Shown here one piece after another: positions 1-13,931 of a stretch of DNA of 64,000 bases (positions are counted from its first letter, which is position 1; every line of letters starts with the position of its first letter). This stretch comes from Octopus vulgaris (Eukaryota): assembly GCA_951406725.2 (NCBI GenBank), contig OX597831.1, forward strand, positions 35,712,001 through 35,776,000, written 5' to 3'. The translations under genes and the position numbers were made by a program. The notes below the pieces were generated by a model. It did not search any database. It was not told where the DNA came from and saw only the letters and a list, made by a program, of their open reading frames with translations.

Positions 1-669
1 AGATATACACACACACACACACACACATATGCATGTGTATGTCTGTATTTGGTTCAATCCACTCCCCTACCTGACAACCCATATTGTTTAATGTAGCCAT
101 CACTTAGCAGCTTGAAAAAAATATTGATGGAATCAAACTTAAAAAGTAAGTATTGGGGTCAATTTGTCTGACAACCCCCCTCTCCCCCAAGGCAGTGCTC
201 CAGCATGGCTGCAGACCAGGGAATGAAACAAGTAAAATAAATAAAAGGGAATAGTAAAAGTGAAAATCAGTTGTCGCATTTTACAACATTTTGTTGCATC
301 ATTATGTACACTTGTGTGCATAATGAAGATTATTGCTTCAATTTGTCACTAAATCTCTGAAACAGATGTTAAAGATTACCATCAATTATCTTCTTTCTCC
401 TTGATTATATATTCACTAATGTAACATCTGTCCAGAAAATTCATCATAAGAAATGTTGCCGTTTGATAAAGGGTATTATATCAGCATTTTTAAAAATAAA
501 TAAAAAACAAATGACTGATAGAAGGGGCTTTGTAACAACATTAAATATAGAAGTCATTAATCAACATAAAACATTAAAAAAATGTGATGGGGTCATTTAA
601 AACGAAATTTCTTACATTATTTACATTATTTACATTTGATAGATATTTGTCCTCATCTTGTTTGTTGTT

Positions 670-715
670 AACTCAACGCTTCAGCTGATATACCCTCCAG
701 CCTTCATCAGGTGTC
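670..715 (-). ncRNA. Minimal type I hammerhead ribozyme motif (decayed copy, GAAA>GAAG)
   Basis: Minus strand reads GACAC-CTGATGA-A-GGCTG-GAGGGTATAT-CAGCT-GAAG-CG-TT-GAGTT. Confidence 0.6.
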
Positions 716-851
716 TTGGGGAAATTTCAAACCTGGGTTCTCATTCCTAAGGTATTTTTTGATGCTATTATTATTATTACTATTATTAGTATTATTATCA
801 TTATTCCGAGTTCAATTCCAAGCAGTGATCTGAATAATAACAATAATAATG

Positions 852-959
<108 letters not shown>

Positions 960-1006
960 TCGAAAAATACCTTAGGAATGAGAATCCAGGTTTTAAATTT
1001 CCCCAA

Positions 1007-1052
1007 GACACCTGAAGAAGGCTGGAAGGTATATCAGCTGAAATGTTGTGTT
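1007..1052 (+). ncRNA. Minimal type I hammerhead ribozyme motif
   Basis: GACAC-CTGAAGA-A-GGCTG-GAAGGTATAT-CAGCT-GAAA-TG-TT-GTGTT; helix I GACAC/GTGTT, helix II GGCTG/CAGCT, family consensus helix III palindrome AACGTT. Confidence 0.7.
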
Positions 1053-1230
1053 GACAACAAACAAGATGAGGACAAATATCCATCAAATGTAAATAATGTA
1101 AATAATGTATATAATTCCTCATCTTTTAAATATAAAACTGAAATTTCTTATAGTGAATTTTATTACAGCAAAAATGTTTATAGCAAAATTTCCTATAACT
1201 CCATAACTCTTCCTTCTTTCATTCTTAAAT

Positions 1231-1445
1231 ATGAGGGTCTGCTGAAAAAGTCCTGGCTTCAGGTAAAAAAACGTACAGGATAATTGATTTTATCATTTTA
1301 TTCATTATGTTCCCCTCTCAGCTTTTCTAAGCTCTGTGAAAGAAATCAGTTTTTCTAAGCTCTGTGAAGGAAATCAGAAGGTCAGGCCTCCAACCAACCT
1401 TTCATGATATCCTTAAGGCTGGGAACTTTTCAGCACCCTTTCATA
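1231..1445. mobile_element. Mariner-type MITE (~215 bp)
   Basis: TIR-like ends GAGGGTCTGCTGAAAAAGTCC / GGGAACTTTTCAGCACCCT next to TA; related copies at 28676-29088 (interrupted) and 29137-29352; internal 28-bp tandem duplication near 1319-1378. Confidence 0.6.
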
Positions 1446-1799
1446 CATTTATGTTTGTGTAGCATACCTATAAATGTTTGGATGTTATATATAACTCCTT
1501 GACCATCTTTTATCTTTATTTTCATTCACTCAGCCTCTGCATTTCTTATTGTTTCACTGGACTATTTTCCCTTTGATTAGGACATTGGATTTAAAGAAAT
1601 TAGAATTATTCTGAACACTAATCTATTCCTTATCTAGAGATTCCTTTTGATTTCAAGTTCACAGTTTTTGGAACTTTTGCATTTTATTATTATTGTAACA
1701 AACATCACAATGTTTCTGTGAAGAATGATGCCCTGTGAAAAGGGTAACTTATTGGCCACAATAGAAGTGTTGTATTAAGTTTTATCTCTTCCCATTTTG

Positions 1800-2805
1800 A
1801 ACTTAAATATTATTGTGAGATACTTCTGCCACATCCTTTTCATCCACCAAAACATTGTGTGAGTGGTAGTAAGAAACTCTAGGGATAGCTGAACAGATGA
1901 TGGTTCTTAAAGTAGCCCCCTTGTATTTGTGAGGAAGGCCACTTGTGTCTATTATCTGCAGGCCCTCTTCTGCTATTTGCTTGAAATACAATCTACTAAA
2001 TGCCATGCTATTACCAGTTCAAATATACTAAAAGCACATCATTCAAGTGTTTTGGCTCTTCGCTCCTGACACTCTAAGGGTGCTGAGCTGCATCTAGGTC
2101 ATGACTCCTAGATATCTTCCAGTTGCAACATTATGTGCCACTGTCTGCATTGTAACCCTCCAGGTTATTTAAGGTATTCAAGACCCAAAGTACCTTGAGT
2201 GTTGTAACAAATTCAGTCCAAGACACCAGTTGACTGTAGAGTAATTTATACCTTTTGAAATTCACTTCCATTTCTCCTTAACCAGATCTGGTTGGAACAC
2301 TTTTCAGCTGTTTCTTTTATTGTCTTAAAAGCCCTGCTTTTTGTTCTTTCAGAAATTGAGAACCACATTATGAGATCATCAGCAAATTTTCTACAAAGCC
2401 TCTTGCACCCACCTCTGTGGTGAAGACTTTGGTTTAGAAGCCAGTTACTTCCAGCTTTTGGCTTGGATTGGACTGATTTTAGAAACTCATCCCTGGAATC
2501 CTCATGCATAAAACAAGAGCCTTGCGTTATCAGACTTGTACTCTTCCATGGTGTACTTTAGAGGTTGCTTCAGCTTTGCTTGGTAAAAGTAGGGAGCAAC
2601 ACCAGTGAGGCCAGGTGGAATACCAAGCCATATCCTGGTATACTTATTAATCTTGGCCTCTATCATTTCCACTGATATCATATAAGCCAAAGGAGCATTG
2701 ATATCATCACTAACTGTAAGCTCCAGTTCTTGTATTTGTGAGGAAGGCCACCCGTGTCTATTATCTGTAGGCTCTCTTCTGCTATTTGCTTGAAATACAA
2801 ACTAT
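1800..2805 (-). pseudogene. Decayed and rearranged HERO-like (RLE-clade) non-LTR retrotransposon ORF fragments
   Basis: Minus-strand peptides GLQIIDTSGLPHKYK, VEMIEAKINKYTRIWLGIPPGLTGVA..KLKQPLKYTMEEYK and KSRAFKTIKETAEKCSNQIWLRR resemble the post-RT and C-terminal regions of HERO-type elements (recognised from memory). Confidence 0.6.
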
Positions 2806-3286
2806 TAAATGCAATGTTATTACCAATTTGAATATACTAAAAGCACATTTGGACTTGTAAAGAAGCCATTCATTGTGTTTTGTCATGGAAAAAATTTCTC
2901 ACTGAAGACATATGGTGTAAATGCACCCAAATCAGCTTGCAATGCCACCTATCTAGACTGTGAGATACAAGCATTTTGGAGTAGTTATCTCCTCTTTAGT
3001 CACTGAAACTGGACGGTGGTGCTGCAAGCTGATAAGAGAGACAATCTCTTTTATGTTTTTCCAGTCAAAGTGTGTTGGCTGGTAGTGCACATTAACAGCT
3101 CATCGTAATAAAATTATGGGGTGAGAGTGATAAGTAGGGAAAAGTATAGATTCAGTGTTATTACCAGTTCAAATATGCTAAGAGCACATTTGGACTTGTA
3201 ACTCGTAAACAAGCCATTCACCGAGTTTTGTCATGGAGAAATTTAAACTGGTCATAACATTACATTTATACTTTTCCCTGCTTAGC

Positions 3287-4085
3287 AAGGCAGTGAGCTG
3301 GCAAAGACATTAGCATGCTAGAGGAAATGCTTAGCGGTATTTCATCCATTTTCACGTTCTGAGTTCAAATTCTGCCAAGGTCAGCTTTGCCTTTCATCCT
3401 TTCGCAGTCAATAAATTAAGTACCAGCTGCGTTATTTATTTATTTATGCGTCCTTTTCAAGCCTAGCCAGGCTCATGGGCCCAGTTTCCCGGTTTCTGTG
3501 GCGTATGTGTTCCCCCCAGCTGGACGTGACGCCAGTCCATCGCAGCGCTACCCAAGAAATAGAAAGAAAGAGTGAGAGAAAGTTGGGTGATAGAGTACAA
3601 CAGGGGTCACCCCCACCCCCTGCCGGAGCCTTGTGGAGCTTTTAGGTGTTTTCACTCAATAAATACACACAACGCCCGGTCTGGGAATTGAAACCGCAAT
3701 CCTCCGACTGCAAGACCTCCCCATTTCTTTATTACCCTCAAGGGGCTAAACATAGAAGGGACAAACAAGGACAGACATAGGTATTAAGTCGATTACATCG
3801 ACCCCAGTGCGTAACTGGTACTTAATTTATCAACCCCGAAAGGATGAAAGGTAAAGTCGACCTCGGCGGAATTTGAACTCACAACGTAACGGCAGACGAA
3901 ATACCGCTAAGCATTTCGCCCGACATGCTAACGTTTCTGCCAGCTCGCTGCCTTAACTGCAAGACCGCTGCCCTAACCACTGGGCCATTGCGCCTCCACA
4001 CCAGCTGTGTACTGGGGTCGATCTGATCGACTCCCCTGACCTCCACCAAAATTTCGTACCTTGTGTGCCTAGAGTAGAAAAGACT
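3287..4085 (+). mobile_element. tRNA-derived SINE family B split by a nested SINE C, itself split by another SINE B
   Basis: Outer B 3287-3432 plus 4000-4085; C on minus 3433-3998; inner B on minus 3718-3955; TSDs ACCAGCTGYGT (3422/4000) and ACTGCAAGACC (3707/3956). Confidence 0.85.
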
Positions 4086-4539
4086 TTTCACTGCTTAGCA
4101 CTCTCACCCAACAACCAGCTAAATCTCTTGATGGCAGTAACCCCACATGGTTAAAATTGAATGACTGGAATTAGAAGAAGTAAAAATGTTAAAAGATTCT
4201 TGAACAGATCTATAATGTGAACCTGGGAATAAATAAATAAATAAATAAATAAATTGTGGCAGTGCATAATAAACAGAAGTGCAAATAGAATTGAGCGGAG
4301 GTGAATATGAGGTGGCAGTCCATTGGGTAAAAGCCATTTAATTCTCTCTATGTATTTTCTAACGGATTGTTTAAAGAAATAAATTATTTTGTGTTGGAGA
4401 TAAAAAAAAGAAAAATGGTGTGGGATGAGGGAACGTCTTGTTGACTTGAGTTTAAATGGAAGCACAATTATGAATGCAATGAAACAAAAATATGCTAATA
4501 CTGTTTGTAAAAAGTGTTTGCTGAAAATATGTGTGTGTG

Positions 4540-4657
4540 TGTGTGTATATGCATTTAGGTATGTGTATACCTATGTATGTAGAAATCATATACACTTTTA
4601 AATACAAACACACATGTACATCTCTCCCTCTGTCACTCTTTCTCTTTTTCTGAATAA

Positions 4658-4731
<74 letters not shown>

Positions 4732-5193
4732 GTATATATATATATAATATGTATGTATATGTCTGCATACAAAAATGGGTGTATATGTATTAACAGAGAT
4801 GTATATAATTACAAACATTGAAATATATATATATATGTGTGTGTATCTGTGTGTATATATAAATATGTATATGGATATATATATATATATATATGTGTGT
4901 GTGCATGTATGTATATATATATATATATATATGTGCATCTATGTATGTATTTATATATGTACGTTCATATGAATGGGTATATCTCTGTATCGATATATAG
5001 CATAAACATATAAATAAATGGGTGTTTACTTATATGCAAGCATGCAGCCAAATATTTATACACATTTGCATTTTTTAAAAGACTTAAACAGCATTAGCAC
5101 CTGATTCTTACATGTAAATGTGTGAATAACTAAAACTACATTCTTATGTACATATGTATATGTACATGTATGATGTATGTGTATATATATATA

Positions 5194-5242
<49 letters not shown>

Positions 5243-5254
5243 CATCTGTGTATG

Positions 5255-5300
<46 letters not shown>

Positions 5301-5700
5301 CATGTGTATATATGTATATATGTATTTATATATAAATGCATATACATATATATATATATATATATTTATATGTATATGCATATACACACAAATATATATG
5401 TATTTACATATACATACACACATACACGTACACACACTCTCACACACACACTCATAGACACACATGCATGCATTTATAAATATAGGTATTGCAATGTTGT
5501 GTTAATAGGGTGTCATAATTTTTGCTTTACTCTCCTGACAGCCAAGTCAGCAAATCACCGACTTACATCAGAACACCTTATCCATTCACACACACACACA
5601 CATACACACACACACTTACAATTATGCACATACCCTCATACACATATACCCACATATACAAACACACAAATGCACACATGTATGGATTGAAAATATACAA
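4540..5700. repeat. Compound (TA)n/(TG)n/(CA)n microsatellite field
   Basis: Direct reading; similar fields at 6060-7260, 12340-13130, 13660-13930, 17900-18400, 22670-23215, 29530-30770, 47270-48000, 54450-55000 and 61370-61850. Confidence 0.95.
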
Positions 5701-6513
5701 AAACATTTACATGTATTTCATTTTCGATTGCTTTTGATTTTTTCGCTGTGTTTTGTTTTTGCTTCAACTTTCATATTCTTTGACCAGTCTTCAGATTCTT
5801 CAAAAATAAACATCTTTCATCTGGTGCCATAAATATCAGTTGAATGAAGAATTGGTAAAATGCTAGGAGGAAATCTGACATTTCAGTAATGGTTTTCACA
5901 GAAAAGAGATTGGCACAAAGAGATTAGCTTCTTACACATTTCTTTTATAAATTTGTTTGTGTACTTTTGAATTTTTCTTTTATTTTTCATATTTTCTCAT
6001 TTAGCATTTCCCACCCCACCATTTTATCAACTCCTTCCTATAGTTTCGCTAATGTGATGATTACACATACACACAAATGCATGCACACATGCATACACAC
6101 ATGCATACACACATTCGTACACACACATAAATATGCTCACACATGTTGGTGTATGTAGTATATATGTATGTGTGGCATTATGTATATAACATATTGGGAT
6201 GTATGTTTATATTTATATATGTGTATATATATATATATACATATATTATAATATATATATATTATAATAAAATATATACAATATATATTATATATATACA
6301 TATATATATATAATATTATATAATAACGAAATATATTAATATATATATAAACATATCATATACATACGTGGATACCTACATGGATGCTTACACAAATGTG
6401 TAGTTATGGATATAGATATATATGTATGAGTGTGTATATATGTATGTGTGTGTGTGTGTGTGTGTGATGTGTGCATGTCTGTGTATATATATGTATATAT
6501 ATATATGTATGTA

Positions 6514-6564
<51 letters not shown>

Positions 6565-7129
6565 GTAGATATATATAATTACGTTTATATGTATTGTACA
6601 TATGTACACATATATATTTATACTGAAATACATACTCCAGTGCACACATGCACAATACACAACCGTTTACACATACATACGTACACACACATACATGCGT
6701 GCATCCATCCATCCATCCATCTATCCATCCATCCATCCATCCATCCATACACACACACACACACACACACATACATACATACATACATACATACATACAC
6801 ACATACATACATACATACATATACACATACATCCATACATACATATATACATACATACATACATACTTATACTTCCGCACATACAGATATGTTCTTAATT
6901 CCTCTCCGTCTAGATTTCCTGCTTCAGTAGGTTTTGCTATATTTTCGCAAATAAAACAATCAACAACAACTCTAATTTTCTATGAAAGTCTTTGAAAAAT
7001 ATTTCCATTTTCCAATACAACTGATTATATCTGTCGTTTAATTTTCATTTCTGTTATTAATACTTCCTTTTGTTGTTAGAAGTTTTATGAAACCTTTACA
7101 CATACACACACACACACACAAAGACATAT

Positions 7130-7161
<32 letters not shown>

Positions 7162-7264
7162 CTATATCCATACACACACATATGCAGACATATATATATA
7201 TATTTATATATATTTATATATATTTATACAGACATACACACACATATACATACTTGTGTATTTA

Positions 7265-7572
7265 TATATATTTTGTTTTTGGATTTGGTTTGCAAGATTC
7301 TTTATGTGAGTTCGTGTGTTGAAGCATATTCTGTTGTGTCTGGGGTGAGTCATTTTCTGTTTGTGCCTTATAATTTAACACACTCACTGGTAAAATTTCC
7401 ACTTATTTCTTATTTTTATTTTCCTAAGATTATTGAAAAGACTATTGAAAAGTTTGCAAGATGCAATGAAAATTGTAGGAAAATGAAAATAAGAAATAAG
7501 CGGAAATTTTACCATTGAGTGTGTTAAATTATAAGGCACAATAAGAAAATGACTCTCCCCAGACACAAAAGT
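7265..7572. mobile_element. (TA)n-flanked inverted-repeat element with a variant hammerhead in the spacer
   Basis: Arms 7334-7426 and 7476-7568 are reverse complements; (TA)-rich tracts on both sides. Confidence 0.7.
7442..7479 (+). ncRNA. Putative U3-A8 variant minimal hammerhead motif (decayed)
   Basis: CTA-TTGAAAA-G-TTTGC-AAGAT-GCAAT-GAAA-ATTG-TAG; helix I only CTA/TAG; helix II partly mutated. Confidence 0.4.
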
Positions 7573-7585
7573 ATATATATATATA

Positions 7586-7882
7586 TCACCGTGAAAACCG
7601 TGACCGACCAGGCTATCAGATGTTGCTACACATTGCCGGTCACAATGTGCTTCGCGCTGTTTTAGCCTTCAGATGACGCCACCTCACTGGCTAAGTGGGC
7701 AGGCCAATGAAAGAAAGTTGTGGTGAAAGAGTACAGCAGGAATCGCCACCCACCCCCTGCCGGAGCCTCGTGGAGCTTTAGGTGTTTTCGCTCAATAAAC
7801 ACTCACAACACCCGGTCTGGGAATCGAAACCGTGATCCTACGACTGCGAGTCCACTGCCCTAACCACTGGGCCATTGTGCCT

Positions 7883-7886
<4 letters not shown>
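7586..7886 (-). mobile_element. tRNA-derived SINE family C with RTE-type tail
   Basis: Head GGAGGCACAATGGCCCAGTGGTTAGGGC..GGTTTCGATTCC (A and B boxes); tail CTGGTCGGTCACGG..CACGGTGAT matches the LINE end at 25765-25880. Confidence 0.8.
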
Positions 7887-7931
<45 letters not shown>

Positions 7932-7934
7932 GGT

Positions 7935-8195
7935 ATTCAGTTATGACAATGAGTGTTCAAGTGGATCTGATCAACAGAACAGCTTGCTCCTGAAATTAAC
8001 ATAAAAGTGGCTGAGCTCTCCATAGACATGTGTACTCTTAACGCAGTTCTCAGGGAGATTTAGCATGACACAGAATGTGACAAGGCTGGCCATTCGAATT
8101 TCAACAACTCACCTTTGCCAGGTGAGTTGACTGAAGCAATATGAAATAAAAAAAAAACACATCACGAAGAATTGATCCCACAACCACACAGTCAT
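7935..8195 (-). mobile_element. Decayed SINE sharing its 3' body with the element at 41366-41760
   Basis: 7940-8095 is the reverse complement of 41590-41750. Confidence 0.65.
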
Positions 8196-8653
8196 GATCC
8201 AGTCTATTTAATGAATGGGGAATTCCAAGATAGTAGTAGGGAACACTTTAGATGTTTTGGAAGTATTTCCTACTACAAGCTTGAAAGTGCCCATTTGTTG
8301 TTGGATGGGCCAGTGGCTGTATCTTTGAATATAACTGATTTAAAGGGGATAAGTCCATCTTGCCTGTAAGACCTTCATGGACGAATACCTTGTTTACAAA
8401 GATAACTGACTGTAGTGTATATCTTCTTCCAGTTGTAGAGAGGTTATGCACCTTTGGCCATTTGATTCTGACAAATTGCCTATATGACTAAGTGCTTTAT
8501 GAGTGTGAAACCAATGGTTGCTCTCTGACTGGTAATAACAATTAACTTCCTGTAAAACATATTACTGCTCTAATGCTGTAGAGTGTACTTCTAATCTTTT
8601 TTGAACAAATGAACTTCCGTTAATGTATGTATATATATATATATATATACACA

Positions 8654-9068
8654 CTCTTTTACTCTTTTACTTGTTTCAGTCATTTGACTGAGGCCATGCT
8701 GGAGCACCACCTTTAGTCAAGCAAATCGACCCCAGGACTTATTCTTTGTAAGCCTAGTACTTATTCTATTGGTCTCTTTTGCTGAACTGTTAAGTTACGG
8801 GGATGTAAACACACCAGCATCGCTTGTCAAGTGATGTTGGGGGGGACAAACACAGACACACAAACATATACACACACATACATATATATATATACATATA
8901 TATATGATGGGCTTCTTTGAAGTTTCCGTCTATCAAATCCACTCACAGGGCTTTGGTCAGCCCAAGGCTATAGTAGAAGAAACTTGCCTAAGGTGCCACG
9001 CAGTAGGAATGAACCCGGAACTATGTGGTTGGTAAGCAAGCTACTTACCACACAAGCACTCCTGCACC
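8654..9068 (-). mobile_element. tRNA-derived SINE family A (full length)
   Basis: Head TGTGTGGTAAGTAGCTTGC..GGTTCATTCC, ACCTTRGGCAAG core, internal TA/TG microsatellite, tail GGTGCTCCAGCATGGCC..GAAACAAGTAAAAGAG. Confidence 0.85.
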
Positions 9069-9094
9069 TACATATACATATGTTATTTATTATT

Positions 9095-9131
<37 letters not shown>

Positions 9132-9574
9132 TGTTTTAATGGTGACACTGCATTCGAAATACTACTTACTTGCATGTAATGTGCAAAGCACATTCGACGC
9201 TTCTAAAAAAAGTAAATGCAAGTTTGTTTGTACACAGAGGGGGTTCTTACAGTTCAAGAAGCTATCTATTTACTGCTTAAAAGCAATGGAGATTGTTGTC
9301 TGTGGGTAATTAAGCTTAATGATAAAGCATTCAGCTGGTGTCTTGGTGGATGTGGTGGATGTGGGCTGTTTGTTGACAACATTTTTCTGCTTTCTAAGGA
9401 TAATATTACCCAACTTTTCTGCTCTTAAAACAGCAATGCTGCATTCAAAACATTACTTTCTTGTCTGTATCATACGATGTACATGTGCTGTTTCTAAAAA
9501 ACAAAATTAAATTTGTTTATATAGACACATGCTTGTTTTATATATATATAGAAAGAGAGAGAGAGAGAGACATC

Positions 9575-10540
9575 CAGGGTGCATAAGGTATTTGAGGATA
9601 TATGTTTTTGGGTCATTGCTGCAGTTTTTGCTCACTCTTTGTAATATTTGTTTCAGAAAATAATACTGGCAGACCCTCAGCTTACTCAAGAAATGAAGAG
9701 GCGTTCTACTATTGTGGTTATAAAGGCTGGGCATAGCAATTTAGAAATATCTCGATTTTTAAAAGTTGCCAGATCTTTTATCTACAAAGTTTGTAAGGAG
9801 TTAGAGCCTGAAGATGGAAATATTTCACCAGTATCAAACCAGAAAATGAATTCTAAATGCTCTGAAATCATCAGGACACCCAAATGTATTCAACAAATTC
9901 AACAAACCATTGATTATAATCCTAGAAAGTCCATGAGGTCAATTGCAAAAGATATCCGTGTGCTAGAAGGAACAGTCAGAAATGTTGTACATGAAGACAT
10001 CAGAAATAAGTCTTATATGATGAGAAAAGGTCAATTTGTCAGAAAAAAGCGAAAGAGAATCACTACATCAGTTCTGAAAGGCTCTTGAACAAACCAAAAA
10101 ATCCAGCAGAAGATTTGATTTGGTTTTTCTCAAACAAAAAAGGCCAATGACCAAGATCAAAAAGTTAACAGAAGAAATGACAGATGTTTAAGTGCAGACC
10201 CTTCTGATATTCCAAGTGTTATGCATACAAAATTTCCTGCAACTGTCCTGGTTTTAGGGGTTTTCAGCATTGAAGGGCATGTGATGCCTCCTTATTTCTT
10301 TCCACAAGACCTTAGAATTAACTCTGCCCAATACATTGAGGTCCTGGAAATAATTGTTAAGCCCTAGATAGACAGTGTATGCAATGGAAGGCCATATGTA
10401 TTTCAGTAAGACTCTGCACTATCACACATGGCTTTAGTAACACAGGAATGGATGGCTGAAAATTTTCGTGATCACATAACTCCTAACATTTGACCTCCTA
10501 ATTCCCCAGATCTCAATCCATTGGACGATTACATATGGCC
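9575..10540 (+). pseudogene. DD37D (maT-type) Tc1/mariner transposase pseudogene, 3' truncated
   Basis: Left TIR CAGGGTGCATAAGGTATTTGAGGA at 9575; HTH ORF 9648-10088; downstream FQ*DSA and PNSPDLNPLD with 37 residues between the last two Asp; stops and frameshifts. Confidence 0.85.
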
Positions 10541-10557
10541 AAACATAGGCTCAAAGG

Positions 10558-10597
<40 letters not shown>

Positions 10598-11096
10598 GGT
10601 GAGCTTCATTCAGTTTCTGTCTATGAAATTCACTCACAAAGCTTTGGCCAGTCTGAGGCTTATAGCAGAAGACACCTGCCCAAGATGCCATGCAGTAGGA
10701 TTGAACCTGGAACCATGTGGTCAGGGAACAAACTTCTAATCAAGAGGCCACGTCTGTGCCTATATATTGTGTTGTGTGTTTTTCTTTCAGACAAAAAGCA
10801 CGTCATACCTGTCAGTGGAATATATACATTAAATATGATACGTAGATGGCTGGTCTAAAATACTATATTTTGACAGCTATTCTGTTGTGATTTTTCGTTT
10901 TTCTTATATTTGTTGACAATTTCTCTGATTTATCAGGATTTTTGTAATAATTATATTCATTTTTAGGTCCAGATTGTAGTAGATTTTATCTGGGATTATG
11001 TTTGCATTATAATTCCTGTTGCTTTGAATATGTTGAGATCCTCAATTCTGCCCTGTTAAAAATACTCTTGATGCGTTGGGCAATATGATATGGTTG

Positions 11097-11527
11097 AAAA
11101 GACCTGTTGAGTCAAGTAAAACCAATATTGTAGCTGGGGTTGGTGCCCTCTGGCTGGCTCCTGTGCCAATGGCACTTCAAAGGCACCATCTGAATGTGGT
11201 CGAAGCCAGGTCTGCCTGACTGGCTACTGTGCTGATGGCATGTAAAAAACCACCAACTGATTATGACTGATGCCAGTGCCCCTCTGACTGGCTCTTGTAC
11301 CAGTGGCACATAAAAAGCACCATCTGAATGTGGATCATTGCCAGGCCTGCCTTACTGGCTCCTGTGCCGGTGGCATGTAAAAAAAAAGGTTGGTGTTAGG
11401 AAGGGCATCCAGCTGTAGAAACTCTGCCAGACCAGATTGGAGCCTGGTGCAGCCGCTGGCTCTTCAGACCTGTCAAAAAGTCCAACCTATGCCAGTATGG
11501 AAAACGGATGTAAATCGATGATGATGG

Positions 11528-11563
<36 letters not shown>
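11097..11563 (+). mobile_element. RTE LINE 3' UTR fragment with ~50-bp internal repeats and (GAT)n tail
   Basis: Similar to 21238-21730; ends CCAACCTATGCCAGTATGGAAAACGGATGTAAATC(GAT)n. Confidence 0.75.
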
Positions 11564-11567
<4 letters not shown>

Positions 11568-12899
11568 GTCTTCATAAAAAAAGGGCTTTGGTTTCTGTCA
11601 GTGCTGTTGCTATATTGTTTCAGTATCCTGGAATTAATGTAATTTTAAAAATCTTAAATTCCTCTCCTTAGAAAATACAACTCCAAACACAACATTTTTC
11701 ATGCCATTTCAGTTTTGTTTTTGTTTACCCACATGTAGACCTGATTGAGATCAACCTATGATCAAAGACATTCTATCCATGGCCATCCTGTATTTTATTC
11801 ATTTAAAAATCTTTGCACATTTTTCAGACAGCTTATATTGGTCAGTAAACTCTGATAGATTCTCTCAAATTTTAAAACAGTAAAATGTAATTTGAGTGTG
11901 ATTAATTGACTATTTCTAACAGATTGGTTGACCATGCAGAAGCTCTCTCATCGAGTGTTTTTCTCATATACATTTCTTGTTTCTAGCCACAGTAGCTTTC
12001 TAGTATTCCTTTGTTTGTAATCCCATAGAACCAGCATTATATCTCTTACCGAAAATCATTGAATTACCTTTTTTCAAAAGACAAATTTATCTTAAACGAT
12101 CTCCTGGAATATTCAACGAGATTTTCTGTCACTTCCTTCTTTTCTTTTCTTCACATCTTTTTATTTCATTTACGTTTTGTTTTGTTTTGTTTTTTTGTAT
12201 ATTTGTATGTTTTTGCCTTTTCATTCATTTTCTTTCGTGACAAGTATTTGTTTTGATGCTTCACTATCCAATAAATATCTACAGGGAACATATGAATGAG
12301 TCTGTATTAATATTTGTCTTTGGCACTCTCTCTCTCTCTTCATCTCCCTTCTCCTCTCTCTCTGTATAAATACATACGGACATAAAAATATATCATATAA
12401 TATAACATATTATACACACACACACACACACACAGACATATATGTGGAAATGGAGAGATGATATAAGTATCTATGAGCAAGTGTATATGTATACACAAGA
12501 TAGCCACATATATATACATGTATGTATGTGTATGAGTGTGTGTGTGTGTGTGTGCATGTTTGTACATGTGTGCGTGTATATATATATATATGCATTGTGT
12601 GTATATATATATATATATATATACACACACATATATGCATATATATATGTATGTATGCATGTATATATATATATGAGTGTGTGTGTATATATATTTGTGT
12701 GTGTGCATATATATACACATATATACAAACACACATACATATGTATGAACTTGTATGCTGTTTGCATATATATATATTTATAAACACACATATAACAAAC
12801 ATACAAGTGAAGATATATGTATATGCACATACATATATACATCCACCCATCCATATATATATACATATATATATGCATACATATATGCATACATATATG

Positions 12900-12933
<34 letters not shown>

Positions 12934-13184
12934 GACAGACACACATATGCACATATATACACACATACATATATTTATATAGGTATAAAAAATTGTGTAT
13001 ACATATGTAAATACAAACACATAAACAACAGCATACATATATGTATATAAACACAAACAAACCAGTACACATGCACACACACACACACACATACACACAT
13101 ACATATATGCATACATACATATGCAAAAACACCAAATACGAAGACTTATATTTACATATTTAGACCAAGTGACAACATTATAAA

Positions 13185-13460
13185 TCATCATCATCATCGC
13201 CATCTTAGTCGTCATCATCATCATCATCATCATCATAGTCGTCATCGTTATCGTCATCATTGTCATCATCATCATCATCATCATCATCATCAGCATCATC
13301 ATCGCCATCATGATCATCATCATCATCATTGACATCATCATCATCATCGTCGGCGTCATCATCATCATCATCCCCATTGTTGTCATCGTCATCATGATCA
13401 TCATGATCATCATCATCCTCATCGTCATTGCCATCATGATCATCATCATCCTCATCATCA
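13185..13460. repeat. Cryptic (CAT)n trinucleotide array
   Basis: Direct reading; similar arrays at 30985-31412, 31550-31980, 34430-34600 and 55180-55890. Confidence 0.9.
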
Positions 13461-13783
13461 AAAATGATTTTGGCTGCAGTAGCAGGAGCAGCCTAAGGTG
13501 TTAGGGTGTAAATGCAGATGAGAGTAGGGTGTGGTGTGGGGAATGGAATGGTTGAAGGGTAAAGGGTGGTGGTGGTGGTGACGATGGGATGTGTGGAGGG
13601 GATGGAAATTTATATCGACTTGATTTGCTTAGTTACCGGATGAGTGCGATAGAATATAGTGATATAGTGTGTGTGTGTGTCTGTGTGTGTATGCACACGT
13701 TTGTGTGTGTGTACGCGCACGTTTGTGTGTGTGTATGCATGTGTATGTAAGTGTGAATGTGTGTGTGAATGAATGGGTATGAA

Positions 13784-13919
<136 letters not shown>

Positions 13920-13931
13920 TATATACATATA

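Noticed and set aside
8200-8620. Possible coding exon or LINE fragment
   Set aside because: No recognisable motif or convincing splice pair in any frame
10860-11060. Third Penelope linker remnant (HNPR on minus)
   Set aside because: A single four-residue match is insufficient
11130-11385. CRISPR-like spaced repeats (also 21290-21600 and 16520-16680)
   Set aside because: Degenerate tandem units of an RTE 3' UTR; no unique spacers or cas genes; eukaryotic context
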